Position numbers and translations under genes: made by a program. DNA of 64,000 bases from an uncultured Chthonomonadaceae bacterium (lineage in GTDB: Bacteria > Armatimonadota > Chthonomonadetes > Chthonomonadales > Chthonomonadaceae), in the NCBI GenBank assembly GCA_963835065.1, contig CAWIEK010000053.1, positions 160,001 to 224,000 on the forward strand, written 5' to 3'. The notes beneath the pieces are model-generated. The model saw only the letters and a program-made list of their open reading frames with translations, did no database searches and was not told the origin of the DNA. This document shows positions 11,563 through 21,486 of the stretch, piece by piece. Within the stretch, counting starts at the first letter, position 1. Each line of letters begins with the position of its first letter.

Positions 11563-12240
11563 TCAACCTTCTCCCGGCAGTCGCAGCGTATAGCCCACGC
11601 CATGCACCGTTTGTATCAGTTTCACGGCATGGCTGGCGTCTATTTTCTTACGCAACGTTCCGATGTAAACGTTGACCGTGTTTTCTACCGCGTCTTCATT
11701 CATCCAGATACGCTCCTGAATGGCTTCGCGGGTCAGCACTTTGCCCTCGTTCGCGGCCAGCGCGGCCAGCAGTTCAAACTCCCGATTGCTCAGGCCGATT
11801 TCAACCCCGGCGCGCGTCACGCGGCGCTGCGCCACATCTACCGCCAAATCTCCGACCTTAATCACGCGCGTTCGGTTCACCTTGTCCCGGCGCATCAGTG
11901 CCCGTACCCGCGCCATCAACTCCTGAAAATCGAACGGCTTGGGCAGATAATCGTCGGCTCCCATATCCAGTCCGCGCACCTTGTCTTTCACCGTGTCGCG
12001 GGCCGTCAGCATCAGGATCGGAACGCGATTGCGCTGCGCCCGCAGTTCCTCGCAAACGCTGAACCCGTCCCGGCGCGGCAGCATTATGTCCAGCACGATG
12101 AGATGGTACGTCGAATCCTGCGCCATCTCCAGCCCCGTCTGACCGTCGCGGGCCACATCCACCGCATAGCCCGCTTCTTCCAGTCCCTCGCGTATCATTT
12201 CGGAAATTCCGATTTCATCCTCGACTAAGAGTACCCGCAT
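11563..12240 (-). CDS. OmpR/PhoB-family response regulator
   Basis: LLVEDE, LDIMLP, GADDYLPKPF, TVHGVGY. Confidence 0.93.
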   Translation of the reverse strand: MRVLLVEDEIGISEMIREGLEEAGYAVDVARDGQTGLEMAQDSTYHLIVLDIMLPRRDGFSVCEELRAQRNRVPILMLTARDTVKDKVRGLDMGADDYLPKPFDFQELMARVRALMRRDKVNRTRVIKVGDLAVDVAQRRVTRAGVEIGLSNREFELLAALAANEGKVLTREAIQERIWMNEDAVENTVNVYIGTLRKKIDASHAVKLIQTVHGVGYTLRLPGEG

Positions 12241-12632
12241 TTGTCTTACCTCCGCGCTTTCATTACCCGGATGCCAATCCTGGAGAATGGCTTGTCTATC
12301 CAGGTCCCTGTCCAGGTCTCTATTCAATGTACGACACAAACATAAAAAGAAGATAAACGCGGCAGACGAGGCAAAAGAAATTTTGTTATCGAAATTTTCG
12401 GCGGCGGGCGCGTTTTTTATGAAATTTTTATAATTTTTTGGTACGGAGTATATTCACCGCTTCATTGTTTGTCCGCCCTCATGACGGGGCTGCCCCTGCC
12501 GGCTTTGTTGTTTGCAGCAGTAAACGCAACTCAGGCGCAAGCCACGCCTTTCCGCGTGTCCTGAATCAGTGTGTTTTCCTGATAAAGACCTCGTGAAGAA
12601 ACGGCTTTGCCTGCTCTCCGGGAGACTGTACC

Positions 12633-14078
12633 ATGAAATCGTGGAAACCGATCCACACCGTCACGCTGGGGTCATGCGCCCTGGCGCTCGCCACCCTTGC
12701 CGTGCCGACCACCACGCATAGTCAAAAAGCGGGAACACCTTCCAACTTCCTGGACTCGCTCAATGGGGAGGGCGTTTCCCGAACGCTTACCACGTATCCC
12801 ACTTTTGACCTGAACAATCCCTTCTTCAAGCCGTTGGGCATCAATGGCAGAACCTGCGCGACGTGCCATCCCATCAGCCAGGGAATGATCATCACGCCCG
12901 ATTACGCTGCGCAGGTTTTCCTCGCAACGCAGGGACTGGATCCTCTCTTCGCCCCCATAGACGGCGCGAATTCGCCCAAGTCGGACATGTCCACGTTCGC
13001 GGCGCGTCAGGCGAGTTGCAGCATGCTGCTGTCCAGAGGAGTGTTTCGCATCGGTATTCCCATGCTTCCCAACGCAGAGTTCACGCTGCAAGCCGTAGAC
13101 GATCCCTATGGCTACGCCAACCCGCAGGACGTCTCGTGTTTTCGTCGCCCGATGCCTGCTACGAATTTGCGCTTCCTGTCTACGGTGATGTGGGACGGAC
13201 GCGAACTGCAGGGACAGAAGAACATTCTCAGCGCGCTGGCGCAGCAGGCGCGGGACGCTGTTAAGGGGCACATGCAGGCGACTGCGCCGCCAAGCGCCGC
13301 GCTGGTGGCTAAGATTGTAGATTTCGAGACCAATTTGTATACGGCGCAAATTTACGACAACAGCGTAGGGAACCTTAACGCGCGCCAGATCGGAGCGGGA
13401 CCCGTCAACTTGATTGACCTGCCGTTCTTTGCGGGCATCAACGACGCCTTCGGCCTGGCTCAGAAACGGTACCCGTTCGATCCGAACGTGTTTACCTTCT
13501 ATGAGGATTGGCTGCCCCACTCGTCACAGCAGTCCGGCAGACAGTCATCCGGCAGGCAGGATTCGCAAGGGCATCACTCTCCCGATCAGCCTGCGTCAAC
13601 GCCGGCAGAGCAATCCGTCGCGCGGGGCGAGCGCCTGTTCAACACACGGCAGTTTACCATCAGCGGCGTGGCCGGGCTGAATGATGTCGTGGGCAAAACG
13701 GCCATCAAGGGAACCTGCTCTTCCTGCCACAGCAACCCGGAAGTCGGCAGCAACGCCCTGCCTCTGCTGCTGAACACGGGCATTGCGGATGGCGCGCTGC
13801 GCGCGCCGGACTTGCCCCTGTATACGCTGCGCAACAAGAAAACGGGCGCGACGCTGCAAACCACCGATCCCGGCGCGGCCATGACCACCGGGAAATGGAA
13901 TGACATCGGCAAGTTCAAAGTGCCGAGCCTGCGCGGGCTGGAAACCCACTCTCCTTACATGCACAACGGGTTTTCCGGCGACCTGCTCGACATTCTGGAC
14001 TTCTACGACAACCGTTTCCAGATCGGCCTGTCGGATCAGGACAAAGCCGACCTGCGCGCGTTTCTGGTTACGCTGTAA
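12633..14078 (+). CDS. Secreted di-heme c-type cytochrome (CCP/MauG superfamily)
   Basis: Signal peptide, CATCH, MWDGR, CSSCH, FKVPSLRG, YMHNG. Confidence 0.85.
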   Translation: MKSWKPIHTVTLGSCALALATLAVPTTTHSQKAGTPSNFLDSLNGEGVSRTLTTYPTFDLNNPFFKPLGINGRTCATCHPISQGMIITPDYAAQVFLATQGLDPLFAPIDGANSPKSDMSTFAARQASCSMLLSRGVFRIGIPMLPNAEFTLQAVDDPYGYANPQDVSCFRRPMPATNLRFLSTVMWDGRELQGQKNILSALAQQARDAVKGHMQATAPPSAALVAKIVDFETNLYTAQIYDNSVGNLNARQIGAGPVNLIDLPFFAGINDAFGLAQKRYPFDPNVFTFYEDWLPHSSQQSGRQSSGRQDSQGHHSPDQPASTPAEQSVARGERLFNTRQFTISGVAGLNDVVGKTAIKGTCSSCHSNPEVGSNALPLLLNTGIADGALRAPDLPLYTLRNKKTGATLQTTDPGAAMTTGKWNDIGKFKVPSLRGLETHSPYMHNGFSGDLLDILDFYDNRFQIGLSDQDKADLRAFLVTL

Positions 14079-14428
14079 TCCGTCTTCTGCGCCAAAGCGT
14101 AAATAGTATCGAACTACGGATGAATTTGACAGGCGTCCATAAGAATGTGATCCTTATGGCCGCTTGTTTATTGTGGAGAATATTCGACAAATTTTTGCCA
14201 GTATGCCAGTCTTTTTATCTGGTTTTTATATACTGCGCTTATACTGTTCCTATCGGCAGCCAAGTCAGCCTCAGCCTGCTCGTTTCAAATTCGCGTTTGT
14301 TCCCCTGCGGGTTCTCAAACAAACAACTTTTCAGCAGGCGACATGGGGGAGTGGCTGACCGGCGCATGTCTATGAATTCTATGGATGCTGTTGCGTTTAC
14401 TTCTGCAATGGCACTCCCGGCAACGTGA

Positions 14429-15115
14429 ATGAGGAAAGGAAAACCACTCGTGATCCAACATCGGCACTGCCACCGACGCTTGGGGCCGGCAGGCTTGTTT
14501 CTGGCCGCTCTGCTCGGCGCGGCAGCCCTGCCTGCCCAGGCGCAAACCATCCTGTCCAGCAACCTGTCCAGTCCTTCGGGGGGCGTTGACACGGCGACGG
14601 GAACCAACTGGCTGTCGGTCAGTTTCAATACGAACGCTTCGGCTTATACGCTCAACAACGTCACGCTCCTGCTGGCAAATTCCAGTGCGGGCGCGGGAAC
14701 GGCGGAAGTGGACATTTACACGGACGGCGGATTGCAGCCGGGAACGCTGCTCGGCGCGCTCACTTCTCCCGGCAGCATTTCCACCACACTGGCGGATACG
14801 ACATTTACTACGAGCGGCCTGTCCCTGGCAGCCAATTCTACCTATTGGACGGTTCTCAAAGCGAACACCGGCTCGTTTAATTTGTCATTTGCGAATGACG
14901 ACGCGAGTACGGGCAGTGGGTTCACGGATACCTATGGAAACAGCGCGGACGCCGGCGCTACGTGGTTTACCTTCACTGGCTTTCCCTACCAGATGAGCGT
15001 GACGGCAACAGCGGCGGTTCCCGAACCCGGCACAATCGCGTTGCTGGCAAGCGGAAGTCTGTTCGGCACGGGTTTGCTGCTGCGCTGCCGGGCGCGTTCC
15101 AGGCGAAGCAAGTAA
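14429..15115 (+). CDS. PEP-CTERM surface protein
   Basis: Signal peptide (AQA), Ser/Thr-rich beta domain, VPEPGT + TM + basic tail. Confidence 0.88.
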   Translation: MRKGKPLVIQHRHCHRRLGPAGLFLAALLGAAALPAQAQTILSSNLSSPSGGVDTATGTNWLSVSFNTNASAYTLNNVTLLLANSSAGAGTAEVDIYTDGGLQPGTLLGALTSPGSISTTLADTTFTTSGLSLAANSTYWTVLKANTGSFNLSFANDDASTGSGFTDTYGNSADAGATWFTFTGFPYQMSVTATAAVPEPGTIALLASGSLFGTGLLLRCRARSRRSK

Positions 15116-15168
15116 GCGATAAAATTCTACGCTGCGCCTGTGAAAGCGCAGGAGGAAAGGATAGAAGA

Positions 15169-16071
15169 ATGACGAGCGAAAACAATTCATTGCCCGTTGT
15201 CGGGCGGCGGCAAATGCTGCTGATGGGCGCGACCGGCATGATGACGCTGGTGGGGCTGTTCGGCAAAAGCGAACGCCAGGTGTTTGCGCAGAACTCGGTT
15301 GTGTCCACGCCCAACCTGGAAGAAGGTCCCTACTGGGTGGATGAGACAGGCACGGCGTTTCATCGTTCCGATGTGCGCGCCAACCTGGACGGCAGCAATG
15401 TGCAGATCGGATTGCCGCTGCATCTCGGCCTGACCGTCGCGCAGGTGGTGAATGGCGTTGTGACTCCCATGCCCAATGCCTACGTCTACATCTGGAGCTG
15501 CAACGCGCTGGGCGTGTACTCGGATGAAGCGGCGGAGAATTCGGCCAGCGACACGTATCTGCGCGGCTATCAGGTGACGAACGCGCACGGCAACGCGCAG
15601 TTTACCACGCTGTATTCCGGCTGGTACAGCGGACGGACGCCGCACATCCACATTCGGGTTCGGCTCTATGGCAACGGCACAAGCGCCACGCCCACCTACG
15701 ACTTCGAGACGCAGTTGTTCTACGATCCGGCGCTCACCAATGAAGTCTTCCATCGCGTCTACCCGTATACCACGCGCCCCATTTCTGACACGATCAACAG
15801 CACGGATCGGGTTTATACGGGCGGGTCGGAGGATGCCGATGGCGTGACCGCCAACGCGGGCGTATTGACGACCATCACAGCGGCGGATGATATGGCTTAC
15901 GCGGTCGGTTCCTTCCGCCTGATCCTCAACACGTCCCTTGCGGAAACAACCGGGAACGGCGGCGCAGGCGGCACAGGTGGTCCCGGTGGCGGCGGACCTG
16001 GTGGCGGGCCGGGTGGTGGCGGCGGTGGCACGGGCGGCGGCATGGGGGGTCCCCCGCCTCCCGGCCCGTAG
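15169..16071 (+). CDS. Tat-exported intradiol ring-cleavage dioxygenase-like protein
   Basis: GRRQML Tat-like motif, EGPYW, GVYS, GWYSGRTPHIH; Gly/Pro-rich tail. Confidence 0.82.
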   Translation: MTSENNSLPVVGRRQMLLMGATGMMTLVGLFGKSERQVFAQNSVVSTPNLEEGPYWVDETGTAFHRSDVRANLDGSNVQIGLPLHLGLTVAQVVNGVVTPMPNAYVYIWSCNALGVYSDEAAENSASDTYLRGYQVTNAHGNAQFTTLYSGWYSGRTPHIHIRVRLYGNGTSATPTYDFETQLFYDPALTNEVFHRVYPYTTRPISDTINSTDRVYTGGSEDADGVTANAGVLTTITAADDMAYAVGSFRLILNTSLAETTGNGGAGGTGGPGGGGPGGGPGGGGGGTGGGMGGPPPPGP

Positions 16072-16224
16072 CCCACGAGACCGAGTTACAAAACAAAGAC
16101 AAGTGTTACGCTCCCATTTCGCAGGCTGGCAGGCGACAACAATGGTTTCTCGCCTGCTTACCTGCTATAGCACAGAGTTTAACAGACGCCCAGATGAAAA
16201 TTTGACTTCAGGAGATTGCCCTAT

Positions 16225-17148
16225 ATGAACCACGAAACCAACCACGAGACGGACAATGAAGTACACAATGATGACATGCCTGTAGGCCGTATTCTCAATC
16301 GGCGCGAACTGCTTGCGCTTGTGGGCGCGGCGGGCATCGTCACCCTTGTCGGCTGCGGCGGCGGTTCCAGCACGACAAGCACAACCGGCGCGACGGGAAC
16401 CACCAGTACAACTACGTCCGGCGTGACCTCGACGGGCGCGGCCAGCGAAACCGGTTCCGGCGGCACAACCACCACTTCGGGCGGTTCGGGAACCACGTCA
16501 AGCGGCAGCATGAATGTCGTAGTAACCCCGGCAGTGACGGAAGGCCCGTTCTTTGTGGACGAAAACCTCAACCGCTCCAACCTGGTAACGGGCACAACCC
16601 GCGCCAGCGTGATCAACGGCCTACCCCTGATCCTCAACGTTAGCGCGTATACCATCAGCAACAGCGTGGCAACGCCGCTCAGTGGAGCGCATATAGACAT
16701 CTGGCACGCGGACGCGATTGGAACCTATTCCGACGAATCCAACGGAGGCATACAAAGCGAGAACACGAAGGGGCAAACGTGGCTGCGCGGCTACCAGGTG
16801 ACGGATGCCAACGGCGCGGTGAGTGTCACAACGATCTACCCCGGCTGGTATCAGGGACGCGCCATACACATCCACTTCAAGGTACGCACTTACGACGCTT
16901 CCGGCAATAAAACTCACGAGTTCACATCGCAGTTTTTCATTGATGATACGCTCAGTGACACCGTGCTTGCCAACGCGCCCTACAACACGCGGGGAACGCG
17001 CCAGGTGCGCAACGCCAACGACAGCGTTTACAGCGCCAAAGAAACGGATGGAACCACTGTCGGCTCCCACCTGATGCTGACGCTTACAAAGAACTCTTCC
17101 GGCTCCGGTTACACCGGCGCGTTCAGCATTGGTTTGGTGTTGAGCTAA
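16225..17148 (+). CDS. Tat lipoprotein, intradiol dioxygenase-like
   Basis: NRRELL, lipobox LVGC, T/S/G linker, EGPFF, IWHADAIGTYS, GWYQGRAIHIH. Confidence 0.85.
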   Translation: MNHETNHETDNEVHNDDMPVGRILNRRELLALVGAAGIVTLVGCGGGSSTTSTTGATGTTSTTTSGVTSTGAASETGSGGTTTTSGGSGTTSSGSMNVVVTPAVTEGPFFVDENLNRSNLVTGTTRASVINGLPLILNVSAYTISNSVATPLSGAHIDIWHADAIGTYSDESNGGIQSENTKGQTWLRGYQVTDANGAVSVTTIYPGWYQGRAIHIHFKVRTYDASGNKTHEFTSQFFIDDTLSDTVLANAPYNTRGTRQVRNANDSVYSAKETDGTTVGSHLMLTLTKNSSGSGYTGAFSIGLVLS

Positions 17149-17239
17149 ACCTAATACCGTACAAATATGAACCCGGCGGGCACAACAGGTGATACTGTTG
17201 GCGAATTCTTCATGTCGGCATCGGTGTTGACCTAAAACC

Positions 17240-18577
17240 CTATTTCGGCTGACTGAGGGTGGGGTCGCTGAGAAAATCGGTTCGGTACTTACATGCCTGA
17301 ATAATTTCGCGCTCGTATTGCGTCGCGTCCTCCAATTTAGTTAAATTGTGGGCAGTCATTATTCGCGCCAGCACGTCCGGGAAGGGGGCAATCGTGCCCC
17401 GATTTACTTTGCGGTCAAAGAGGGTTGTCAGACCGGCCTCGGATTTCACCACGTCCGACACTTTGCCCGTCAGCGTTTGCCCGTTCACCACAACGGTTAC
17501 GGCATCGTCGGCGGGCCAGTAGTGGGATTTGGCGACTTTGATTTGCGCGATTTGAAAGGCTTCGCTGCGCCGCCCCGCTTTTTGCCAGATGGCCGTCAGC
17601 CGCTTGTCCGCTATCGTCGCTTGTACCGCGTCCGCGCCCGTCAGTTCCGCGCCCGTTGTGGGGTCTACCACGCACAAGATTCCCTCCGGGGTTATGTCCA
17701 CGCCGTACTGATGAAAGTCATGGGCGTATTGGGCGGGCTGATCGGTTTTTTCCTGCCGCAGCACTTCCAGCAGGGAGCCGTTGCCGTTTCGCGCCGTGAT
17801 AAACTGAATGAACCCAATGCTGACAAACCCCGTGTCATAGGTGTTGACGCTATCGAAGCCGCCTTCCAATTTCGACACGGCTCCCGCCACGCGCTGCTCC
17901 GAAGTATTAAGACCGGCTTTGCCGAACAAGGCGTTTAACTGCGCGTCCGGCAGTTTTTTCAGCGAATTGCCGCTGTCCATCACGCCCTGCGGGAACCGAT
18001 AATAGGCAAAGGACGGCGACCCGACGCGAACGTTATCGCGGTACATAAGCGTGTCGCCATCCTCAAACGCAACGCTGTACAGCATCGGCACAACCGCGTT
18101 GGCAAAGGGCGGCGGGCTGCCGACTGCGGCCAGCAGATCGTCGGGAATGGGGCCGGGCAGGGGCGGCGGCAGGGGGTGCAGGGTGTTGGGCGTGGGGGCG
18201 CTGCCTACATCCACCGCGCCGTTCGCCCGATCCGCCACGTCCTGCGCCTGCCAGCGGTCATACGCGAGTTTGGCGTCCACCCATTGCTTCCAGGTTGTAT
18301 TCACAGCAGCCGCGCTGGTCGGGGATTGCGTGGGCGGCGCTTTGCCCGCGCCAATGGCGTTCTGGTACTTCCCGAACCATAGCGAGCCGTCCGGCGTCAG
18401 GCGCACTTGCCACAGCCCGGTCTTCTTCACATCATCGGGAACCCGTATTTTATAGCGTCCCGGTTCGGTCCAATAGGAAACGATTTTTGCCCGTTCGCCC
18501 AGTGAGAAAACGCCCTGCGCCTGCGCCGCAATCGGGCTGATACACGCGGCCAGAGCCGCCAAAAGAAAACGCGCCAC
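17240..18577 (-). CDS. Secreted protein with putative lysozyme-like C-terminal domain
   Basis: Signal peptide; SKLEGGFDSVNTYDTGFVSIGFIQF resembles a glycosidase E...D...SxGxxQ motif. Confidence 0.6.
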   Translation of the reverse strand: MARFLLAALAACISPIAAQAQGVFSLGERAKIVSYWTEPGRYKIRVPDDVKKTGLWQVRLTPDGSLWFGKYQNAIGAGKAPPTQSPTSAAAVNTTWKQWVDAKLAYDRWQAQDVADRANGAVDVGSAPTPNTLHPLPPPLPGPIPDDLLAAVGSPPPFANAVVPMLYSVAFEDGDTLMYRDNVRVGSPSFAYYRFPQGVMDSGNSLKKLPDAQLNALFGKAGLNTSEQRVAGAVSKLEGGFDSVNTYDTGFVSIGFIQFITARNGNGSLLEVLRQEKTDQPAQYAHDFHQYGVDITPEGILCVVDPTTGAELTGADAVQATIADKRLTAIWQKAGRRSEAFQIAQIKVAKSHYWPADDAVTVVVNGQTLTGKVSDVVKSEAGLTTLFDRKVNRGTIAPFPDVLARIMTAHNLTKLEDATQYEREIIQACKYRTDFLSDPTLSQPK

Positions 18578-18600
18578 TTGTTTCTTTCCCTTCTAAATGC

Positions 18601-18725
18601 GGGTGTTGAGTGTTAGGTGTTGGGTGTTAGGCATACCTATGATGACAAGTCTGCTGGTTTGAATAAAAGTGGGCAAAGCGCCCTGCGAACCTCCCCAATA
18701 CCCAACACCTAACACCCAACACCCT
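18601..18725. repeat. Inverted heptamer-arm element (GGGTGTT / AACACCC)
   Basis: gggtgtt gagtgtt aggtgtt gggtgtt ... aataccc aacacct aacaccc aacaccc. Confidence 0.8.
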
Positions 18726-18809
18726 CCCCATATTTCACTGTCCGGGCGTTGGTTTCCTGCGATTGCGTATAATTTGGAGCGTATTTCAAATTCAGGGGTC
18801 GCTTCAAGG

Positions 18810-18913
18810 GTTTTGTGATCAATGCCTGGTGGAACTCCAGCACGCGGTGTTTCGGGTCCGCGCCCATCATCCACGCGGGGAGTTTTGTGATCAATGCCTG
18901 GTGGAACTCCAGC
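18810..18913. CRISPR. Orphan CRISPR-like mini-array (2 repeats, 1 spacer)
   Basis: Identical 32-bp GTTTTGTGATCAATGCCTGGTGGAACTCCAGC at 18810 and 18882; 40-nt spacer; internal palindrome; no cas genes in window. Confidence 0.5.
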
Positions 18914-19032
18914 GCCACTGCCCATCGGTCCTGAATATGCTGGAACTTTCTCGCCTGCTTGGCCGTCTCCGTGGAAAACCTCTTTGCTTGTTCCTTTGTG
19001 AAAGTAACAAGCCTTATGAACAGGACAAAATC

Positions 19033-19266
19033 ATGAAAACGCTTGTTGTGCGTCTTGCCTTCGTGACCCTCTTGCCTGGCGTGCTGAGTTTGCCCGCTGT
19101 CGCGCAAGACCCGCATGATCACCATCCTACGATAACCGCTGTGCATCGGTACGCAAAGCGGAAAACGACCCATGCGGCGCATGTCACCCGTGTCGCGGGG
19201 CAGCGCGTACGCCGCTGGCCGCATCGAAAAGCGCATAACGCGCGCGCCTGGCTCAACAAGCATTAG
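19033..19266 (+). CDS. Small secreted His/Arg-rich protein
   Basis: AGGA upstream; signal peptide ending AVA; basic His-rich mature part. Confidence 0.6.
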   Translation: MKTLVVRLAFVTLLPGVLSLPAVAQDPHDHHPTITAVHRYAKRKTTHAAHVTRVAGQRVRRWPHRKAHNARAWLNKH

Positions 19267-19324
19267 CCGCGTGACAACGGAGAGGCGCAGGAAGCCCGGT
19301 CTGCATCGCGGTGAAAGCAAAGCA

Positions 19325-19372
19325 AAATCAGCCACAGAACGCCATCAAGCGGTTCCTGTGGCTGATTTGTTT
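19325..19372. terminator. Probable bidirectional terminator hairpin
   Basis: aaatcagccacag ... ctgtggctgattt between convergent genes. Confidence 0.65.
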
Positions 19373-19426
19373 ACACGGAATGGCGCAGGTAAGCATGAAC
19401 GCTTGCAAGAAGGGTGACTTCAGGAG

Positions 19427-20248
19427 TCAGGATTGGCGTGGGGCGCGTTTGGTTCTGGCGGGGGCGGCGCGGTAGCTCCAGGGCAGGGATGTGTTGTTTT
19501 TTTGCGCATCGCGCTCACGCCGGGAAGCGCGATGCAAACCCGGCAGGCTCCAGATCAGATTACATTGCAGCGATTTGAGATGCCGGCCGCCTTCCAGCGG
19601 CGTCTCGAACAAAACCTGAATGTAGCCGATGAACGGCAGGGTTTTCTCGAAGTAACGCGCGTCTTTCTTCACCAGCCAGCGGACTGCCGCTTCCTCGTCG
19701 CCTGTCTGCTCCGGCTGCGCCTTGTAAAACTGTTCAAGCAAGTCAAAGTAGGGCAGACGCTCCACGTCAGGAACGATCAACTGGCCTTGATAGGTGTGCG
19801 TCAGGGCGCTTTTGTCGGCGCGCTTGTCGCTCATAATGTTTTGCCAGGAGGACCAATGCGTCGTGTCCGGGCTGTAACGCGCGTACAGTCGTCCCAGGGA
19901 ATACGCGCCTATGTATTCAAAATCGGTGTTCAGGCTGGCATGAATGGTGACTGCCGATGTGGGCGTCCACGCAAAGCCCAGGGCAATCGGCTCTGTGGTC
20001 TGAAAACGGGTTCGGTTCAGCAGTCGGTTCGCCTCCGCATCATAGCCCAGCCCCTTTTCCGAAAACTTCAACGCTTCCGGGAAGGTTTCTACGCGCCCTT
20101 TCAGCGTGTCGGGGTGTGTAAAATCTAACACGAATTCCTCGCCCTGAATGATTTGCGCCCGCGCCCCTGCGCTCCACGCCACTCCCCACGCCAGCCACGC
20201 AAGGCAGAGCAATTTGTGTCGTAAGTTCTGTTGGTGGGTTCGCCGCAT
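19427..20248 (-). CDS. Hypothetical secreted protein
   Basis: Signal-like N-terminus ending ARA; globular composition. Confidence 0.7.
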   Translation of the reverse strand: MRRTHQQNLRHKLLCLAWLAWGVAWSAGARAQIIQGEEFVLDFTHPDTLKGRVETFPEALKFSEKGLGYDAEANRLLNRTRFQTTEPIALGFAWTPTSAVTIHASLNTDFEYIGAYSLGRLYARYSPDTTHWSSWQNIMSDKRADKSALTHTYQGQLIVPDVERLPYFDLLEQFYKAQPEQTGDEEAAVRWLVKKDARYFEKTLPFIGYIQVLFETPLEGGRHLKSLQCNLIWSLPGLHRASRRERDAQKNNTSLPWSYRAAPARTKRAPRQS

Positions 20249-20424
20249 AATGGCTCCTGTTCCGGCTGCGCCGCAGCGCAGCGTAAAATCGTGCCCTGAC
20301 GGGAACACGCTGCGCATTGGACGCCCCGCGCGCCCCTCGCGTTACATCCAAGCGCCGGGAAAACAGTGGCAAGCAAGGGATGAAAAGACAAGGATGAAGG
20401 ATGAAAGCGCCGGAAAAAGGGCAT

Positions 20425-20660
20425 GTAGAAAAAGAGTATGTAGAGGCAGCGTCGAAATCTTGGCAATGCAGCGCTTCCAGCCCGCTGTCTCGTTGTGTCT
20501 GGTTGTAGGGGTGAGGCGTCGTGGCCTCCAAAGCGTCAGGGCGAACGGGAGGGGTGGGACATGGGCCTGTACCTCCTTTGCTGCATAGTAGACACTTGTA
20601 CTGTTTAGACGGATGAGTGGAACAAAGGGTTCGCTTTTTTCGCGTGGTTTGGCTCTTTTT
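20425..20660 (-). ncRNA. Repeated ECF-promoter / micro-ORF / conserved-RNA unit, copy A
   Basis: GAACC-N16-CGTCTAAA (20604-20632), GGAGG, ORF MSHPSRSP* (20536-20562), conserved tail; homologous to copies at 36.2 and 60.6 kb. Confidence 0.6.
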
Positions 20661-20887
20661 TCTATCTTTTTACGGGATTGTTTTTGAGGGAGGGTTGCTG
20701 TTGGCGCTGTAAGGGACTTTCCCCAAAATAAACGTTCCGCCTGACCGAGTCGTGAACGACCCATCTACAGGGCGTTCCGCCAGCCGGTCTGCGACCGGAA
20801 CACTTATTTTGAGAAAGTTCCTAACATCCCTGTGCCACGCCCGTATTCGATAGTTGAGAATTGCCAACGCAGGTGGAGGCCGAAAGC

Positions 20888-21117
20888 ATGAACGCGCATC
20901 GTATCGAAACTGTTCTGTCGGATGAGGGATCGTGACTTTGCGCGGCCTTCCTTTCAAATCAGGGACGGCATTGGAAATCATTATTCTCGAACGCGATACT
21001 GGAACAGAGAAGGACGCAGACGAGGCAGAGCATGTCGCCGAGTGGCTGAACGCCTCGAAGCGGTCACTGCAAGATGTATGGGTCAACGACGAGGATGCCG
21101 TTTATGACAACCTATAG
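20888..21117 (+). CDS. Putative antitoxin ending WxNDEDAVYDNL, 1-nt frameshift near 20930
   Basis: GGAGG + MNAHRIETVLSDEG / IVTLRGLPF...WVNDEDAVYDNL*; overlaps the start of a MazF-like stub. Confidence 0.6.
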
Positions 21118-21146
21118 CCGAGGCGAGGTTATTTTGGTGACATTTC
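21104..21146 (+). pseudogene. PemK/MazF toxin N-terminal stub
   Basis: MTTYSRGEVILVTF, then breaks into the antisense MTase fragment. Confidence 0.55.
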
Positions 21147-21444
21147 GGTCACGGGCGCATCAAGGGGAGCGCAGGCAAGGGCAAGTTCTTCCCGCGAGAA
21201 GGGCGTCAGGCCAATGGCTTCGGAAAGCGCGTCTTTGTGGCTGCGGAGGACGCGAAAGAAGTTGACGGCCTCGCGATCCAGATCGTTGTAGGTTTCCACG
21301 GGCGAAGGCGGACGGTTGAGCAGAACGGCTGCCGACCCGCCGAACACGTCGCAGAAGTGAGTTGTCTGCGGGAGCAGGGGCAGCAGCCAATCCAGATGAC
21401 TGTACTTCCCGCCATACCAAGCCAAACGCGATCATCTTTTCCAT
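21129..21444 (-). pseudogene. Dam-like (D12 class) DNA adenine methyltransferase, 5' fragment
   Basis: WYGGK, DVFGGSAAV, YNDLD; truncated at ~100 aa, no DPPY. Confidence 0.8.
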
Positions 21445-21486
21445 GCAACCACTATTCACCAAGAAAAATATTACTTGCAATTGTAC

